Shown here: positions 60,838 through 64,000 of the stretch, piece by piece
Layout of the letters: every line of letters begins with the position of its first letter
Position numbering within the stretch: position 1 is the stretch's first letter
Assembly (NCBI GenBank): GCA_965214705.1
Contig: OZ243972.1
Span: forward strand, 800,001 to 864,000
DNA length: 64,000 nucleotides
Direction of reading: 5' to 3'
Source of the DNA: Alphaproteobacteria bacterium
Lineage (GTDB): Bacteria; Pseudomonadota; Alphaproteobacteria; UBA828
The notes under the pieces: model-generated
Seen by the model: only the letters and a program-made list of their open reading frames with translations
The model's database searches: none
Told to the model about the DNA's origin: nothing
Position numbers and translations under genes: made by a program

Positions 60838-62516
60838 GGGTGTGATTCTCGTATGGCGATATGCCAGTCGTGATGGCACTAAAGGATATGGGCTGGTTCA
60901 TTTTGGTCAAGCAGCGAGTGCCAGGACTTCGGTTGGGCTGATGTTGTCGTTAGCTGGTCCGGATCGGGCGTCCATGAGCGCATCCCATGCCCGGTCGAAG
61001 AGGCCGGATTTGATCAGGGCGCGGAAGGTCAGAACCGCCTGCCCGCCGTCGATCCGCCAGCGCATGCCCGAGCGTTTCAAGCGCTGCGCGACGAGGGTCT
61101 TGCAGGCCGCCTCGACCACACCCGAGCCGATGGCGATGCCCTCTTCCTTCAGGGCGTGGTAGCGCATCCGATGGCGGTGCTTTCGGAAGAAGGCCAGCTC
61201 GCGCTCGATCTCGGCCGGGTCCCCCTTTGCCCTGTCCAGGAGGTAGCGCAGTGCCCGGATCACCTTGTCGACGCCGCGGGGGTCGTGGCGCAGGATTTCG
61301 CGGTGCTTCTCGAACCAGTGGCGCGCCACCGCATGGTCAGAGGCCACGCGGAGATGCTCGCAAGCGTGCCAGAAGTCGATGACCTCGGTCTCGGGCGAGA
61401 GGCTTTCGAGGAAGGTCCAGTTGTCGGCGGCCCCGTCGGCGACGGCGCCGATCCTGATCTTCGGGCTCACACGGCGGATATGGGCGACCTCGCTTGCAAG
61501 TTGCGCTTTCAGCGCGGCCTTGCCGCTCTCGGGCATACGGCCGAGATAGAGGGTCTTCAGCCGTTGGCCCTCGGCGTCGTGGAAGGAGACCGTGCCGCAA
61601 GAGGCCTCGCGCCAGCACGCCTCGGCACGGCCGTCCTCGCCGGCCCGCAGCGCCACCATGACGCCGTCAAGGGAGACGGACGCGGTGACCGCATCGGGCG
61701 GTATGCCCTGGGTTTCACGGATGCTGGCCAGCGTCTCCGGGGCGACGCTCTCCCAGTGCTCATGCATGCTCAGGGCCAGGCGCTGCAGCGTGCTCACCGA
61801 CGGCGTCATTCCGCCCATTTTCGCGAAGAACTCCTCCGCTTCACGCGGCGTACAGTGGCCCATCATCATCAGCCCGAGCTGCGCCGCCGGCCGCGTCAGG
61901 TAGTCGTCGATGAGGCCCAGGCTCTCGTCCACCGGCACCAGCGACGTGCTGCTCGCGCCGCTGCGATAGCGCGCACGCCGATAGGTCACGGGACCGAGCG
62001 TCGTCATGATCGTCTTCGGCGTCGCCGCCACCCGGACCCAGCTCTGTCCGTCGCGCTCGATCCGGCTCGCACCGTCGTCGCGGCTCTCGGCGAAGGCCCC
62101 AAGGAGCTTGCAACCCAAGCCGTTCATGGCGTCCCGCAGCCCCGTCTCAACCGTTTCGAACGTCTCGGCAGACGGGTCAGACCCAGCCTGTTCGCGACAG
62201 AACTCCACCACCTGGGCGACCGCTTCGGCGACTTCGGCAGGCAGGCCCAAAAGGTCGATGGACGAGGCGATGAGAGACTGCGACACTGGCATGGGAACGC
62301 TCCTGATGTTGGGTCTGATGTTGGGTTGTCGGCGCGGCATCCTACCGCATCTCGCGGTGCGGAGCGTTCCCACCCACCACTGCTGGATGCCGCCGTTGTG
62401 ACAAAATCCGGCCCTGCACCGGCCGATTGTCACGAAAACCCGATTCTGGCTGCCTACGGCCACCCGCCAATCGCGCTAAATCAATGACTTACGATCGCCA
62501 TGCCAGACCTACACCC
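60838..62516 (-). mobile_element. ISKra4-family insertion sequence
   Basis: Imperfect TIRs GGGTGTGATTCTCGTATGGCGAT and GGGTGTAGGTCTGGCATGGCGAT. Confidence 0.8.
60907..62292 (-). CDS. ISKra4-family transposase
   Basis: SLDGV, ADGA..NW, DFWHACEHL, IGSGVVEAACK....RLKRSGMRW. Confidence 0.85.
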   Translation of the reverse strand: MPVSQSLIASSIDLLGLPAEVAEAVAQVVEFCREQAGSDPSAETFETVETGLRDAMNGLGCKLLGAFAESRDDGASRIERDGQSWVRVAATPKTIMTTLGPVTYRRARYRSGASSTSLVPVDESLGLIDDYLTRPAAQLGLMMMGHCTPREAEEFFAKMGGMTPSVSTLQRLALSMHEHWESVAPETLASIRETQGIPPDAVTASVSLDGVMVALRAGEDGRAEACWREASCGTVSFHDAEGQRLKTLYLGRMPESGKAALKAQLASEVAHIRRVSPKIRIGAVADGAADNWTFLESLSPETEVIDFWHACEHLRVASDHAVARHWFEKHREILRHDPRGVDKVIRALRYLLDRAKGDPAEIERELAFFRKHRHRMRYHALKEEGIAIGSGVVEAACKTLVAQRLKRSGMRWRIDGGQAVLTFRALIKSGLFDRAWDALMDARSGPANDNISPTEVLALAA

Positions 62517-62669
62517 CAACGACGTCGACACCCAGGCGGCTCGAAGACATCCTCGATCGCATCGCCAATCTGCCTCAGACCCGGCTACACGAGCTCCTGC
62601 CCTGGCATTGGAAGGCTGATCGCGAACAGGCCCTAGCTGCATAGGCTGCGGCCTACGCCGGATGTTTAC
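62517..62669 (+). pseudogene. IS66 TnpC C-terminal tail and right end
   Basis: NDVDTQA / LEDILDRIA...RLHELLPWHWK; ends GCCGGATGTTTAC (IS66 GTAA terminus on the minus strand). Confidence 0.8.
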
Positions 62670-62772
62670 GAAGGACGGTACGAATCACCTTACTGAAGTC
62701 TACGTCGGCACCTCTTTCTTGCCGTCTAGCTTCACTTTCTTGCTTCGCGTGTTGAAGAGAAGGTCAGGAGAC

Positions 62773-63375
62773 TCAACGTCCAGCAGACCTAGCCGCAGCT
62801 TCTATCCAAGATCCAATGTTCGTGCGACCGTCTTGGTTTACAAAATCATAACTTCGGCAGTGTCTGGATAGTGGCGTAACCTGGTTGGTGGTAGGTGCGC
62901 GGCACCAAAGGTCAGCTTCCGGTATTGCGCGAGTGTAGTCGGAATACTGCACCCACTTCCCGCCCTTTAGTTCGGCCAAGTATATTCGATCATTGGACTT
63001 ATACAGGCCTACCTTCGACATTGGGTCGGACCCTTTCTGTGACGTTTGTTTTTTTCTATCTCTTACTCCATGAATGAAGACCGTTAGGAGACCATTACCC
63101 TTGATAATGCTACGAGCAATTTCGTAGCGTACCCATCGTCGTTCGGAAGTTCTTGCGCCGGTAAGTACGCAAGTGACAGACGTATTGTTCATGCCCTTGC
63201 GGAGAAAGGCCTTTAGTACATCATCGCTCTCTTTCTTGCTGGCTTCAAAGACACTGCTATCAAAGAAGCCCGAAGAGATTTGGTCTTGTGGTCTCACAAT
63301 CCAACAGTTACGTACATTCCACGCACGCCAGGCATCGGGTCCGTAGTGGAAGGAAAAGAAAGTTCGTCTAGCCAT
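62773..63375 (-). CDS. TIR-domain protein, Thoeris ThsB/DUF1863-like
   Basis: RRTFFSFHY..D.WR, SVTCVLTG..T..RRWVRYEI..S...GNGLL.V.IH with catalytic Glu; low GC. Confidence 0.8.
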   Translation of the reverse strand: MARRTFFSFHYGPDAWRAWNVRNCWIVRPQDQISSGFFDSSVFEASKKESDDVLKAFLRKGMNNTSVTCVLTGARTSERRWVRYEIARSIIKGNGLLTVFIHGVRDRKKQTSQKGSDPMSKVGLYKSNDRIYLAELKGGKWVQYSDYTRAIPEADLWCRAPTTNQVTPLSRHCRSYDFVNQDGRTNIGSWIEAAARSAGR

Positions 63376-64000
63376 CGAGAGTCCTATTTGATGCCGAGGC
63401 GTGGCTCGCTCTTGACCGAGCGCATGCGAATGATAAGTGTTGCTACGGCCCGTGATACTGTCAAGACGGAATCAGTTGAGGCAGCACAAGACCGGCGGGA
63501 AGAGGGGGCGCAACGCTTGAGTTGGTGTGCGCAGGGTGGGCAGAGCCGGACGGCCGGCTAGGCGAGGTGATCGCTTCCCGAGGCTGGGGCATAGCGCCTA
63601 GCTGGTACGGAATGCTCATCGAAGCTCTTGCGAGCATCCTTTGTGCCGGTTATCCGGTGGGTGCACGGCGCTGATTGATTCGAGCGGGAGTGGTGTGGAG
63701 GGTAGCTGTAATTTGGCCGCCGCGGACCGGAGTAGTTGAAACTCTCCGCCGGTGCGTGCAAAGGGCTGATGCCGAAGCGATCTGTGTAAGGGTTCGTTCG
63801 ACGGTGGACGTCCAGATTGCGCGAGGCGGGGAATGACGGCTATGTCCGCAAACGCGGTAGTTGTGACTGTCCACTAATTACGAAGACTAGAGACACGGCT
63901 TCAATCAGGATTTGGTACGGGATAGAGATTTTTCAATCTTAGCTAAGGAATCGGCAATTTTTGAAAGAGGAGAGAATAGCGAACTGGTTGGAGGAATTCC

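Noticed and set aside
63376-64000. Short ORFs at the window end
   Set aside because: No recognisable motifs or consistent coding signal

Overview
High-GC, alphaproteobacterium-like DNA. A marine or sponge-symbiont origin is an inference from gene content. Positions 1-40 kb are mostly intact metabolic genes: an amide/N-heterocycle catabolic cluster with a tandemly duplicated HP0310-like deacetylase and an ABC importer; dgcN-dgcA; a VapBC pair; a five-gene corrinoid methyl-transfer operon (unknown protein, MtaA/CmuA-type methyltransferase, corrinoid protein, RACo-type activator, MeTr); galU-ugd-pgm; an XDH-family molybdoenzyme; and scpA-atm1-meaB. From about 40.1 kb the window is an IS-riddled accessory island. 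It holds two convergent zinc-starvation operons: zur is split by an IS1634 element, and the folE-hisI-zigA arm is separated from its Zur-like box by an IS110 element. Next is a divergent pair encoding a eukaryote-type sterol C24-methyltransferase and a GOLPH3/GPP34-cytochrome P450 fusion whose 3' end is deleted. The window ends in nested ISAs1, IS1595, ISKra4 and IS66 debris with defence-gene remnants (pPIWI-associated nuclease, ThsB-like TIR). The best candidates for undescribed systems are the SMT + GPP34-P450 sterol-modifying module and the corrinoid methyl-transfer operon. All family assignments come from recognising motifs by eye, not from database searches.
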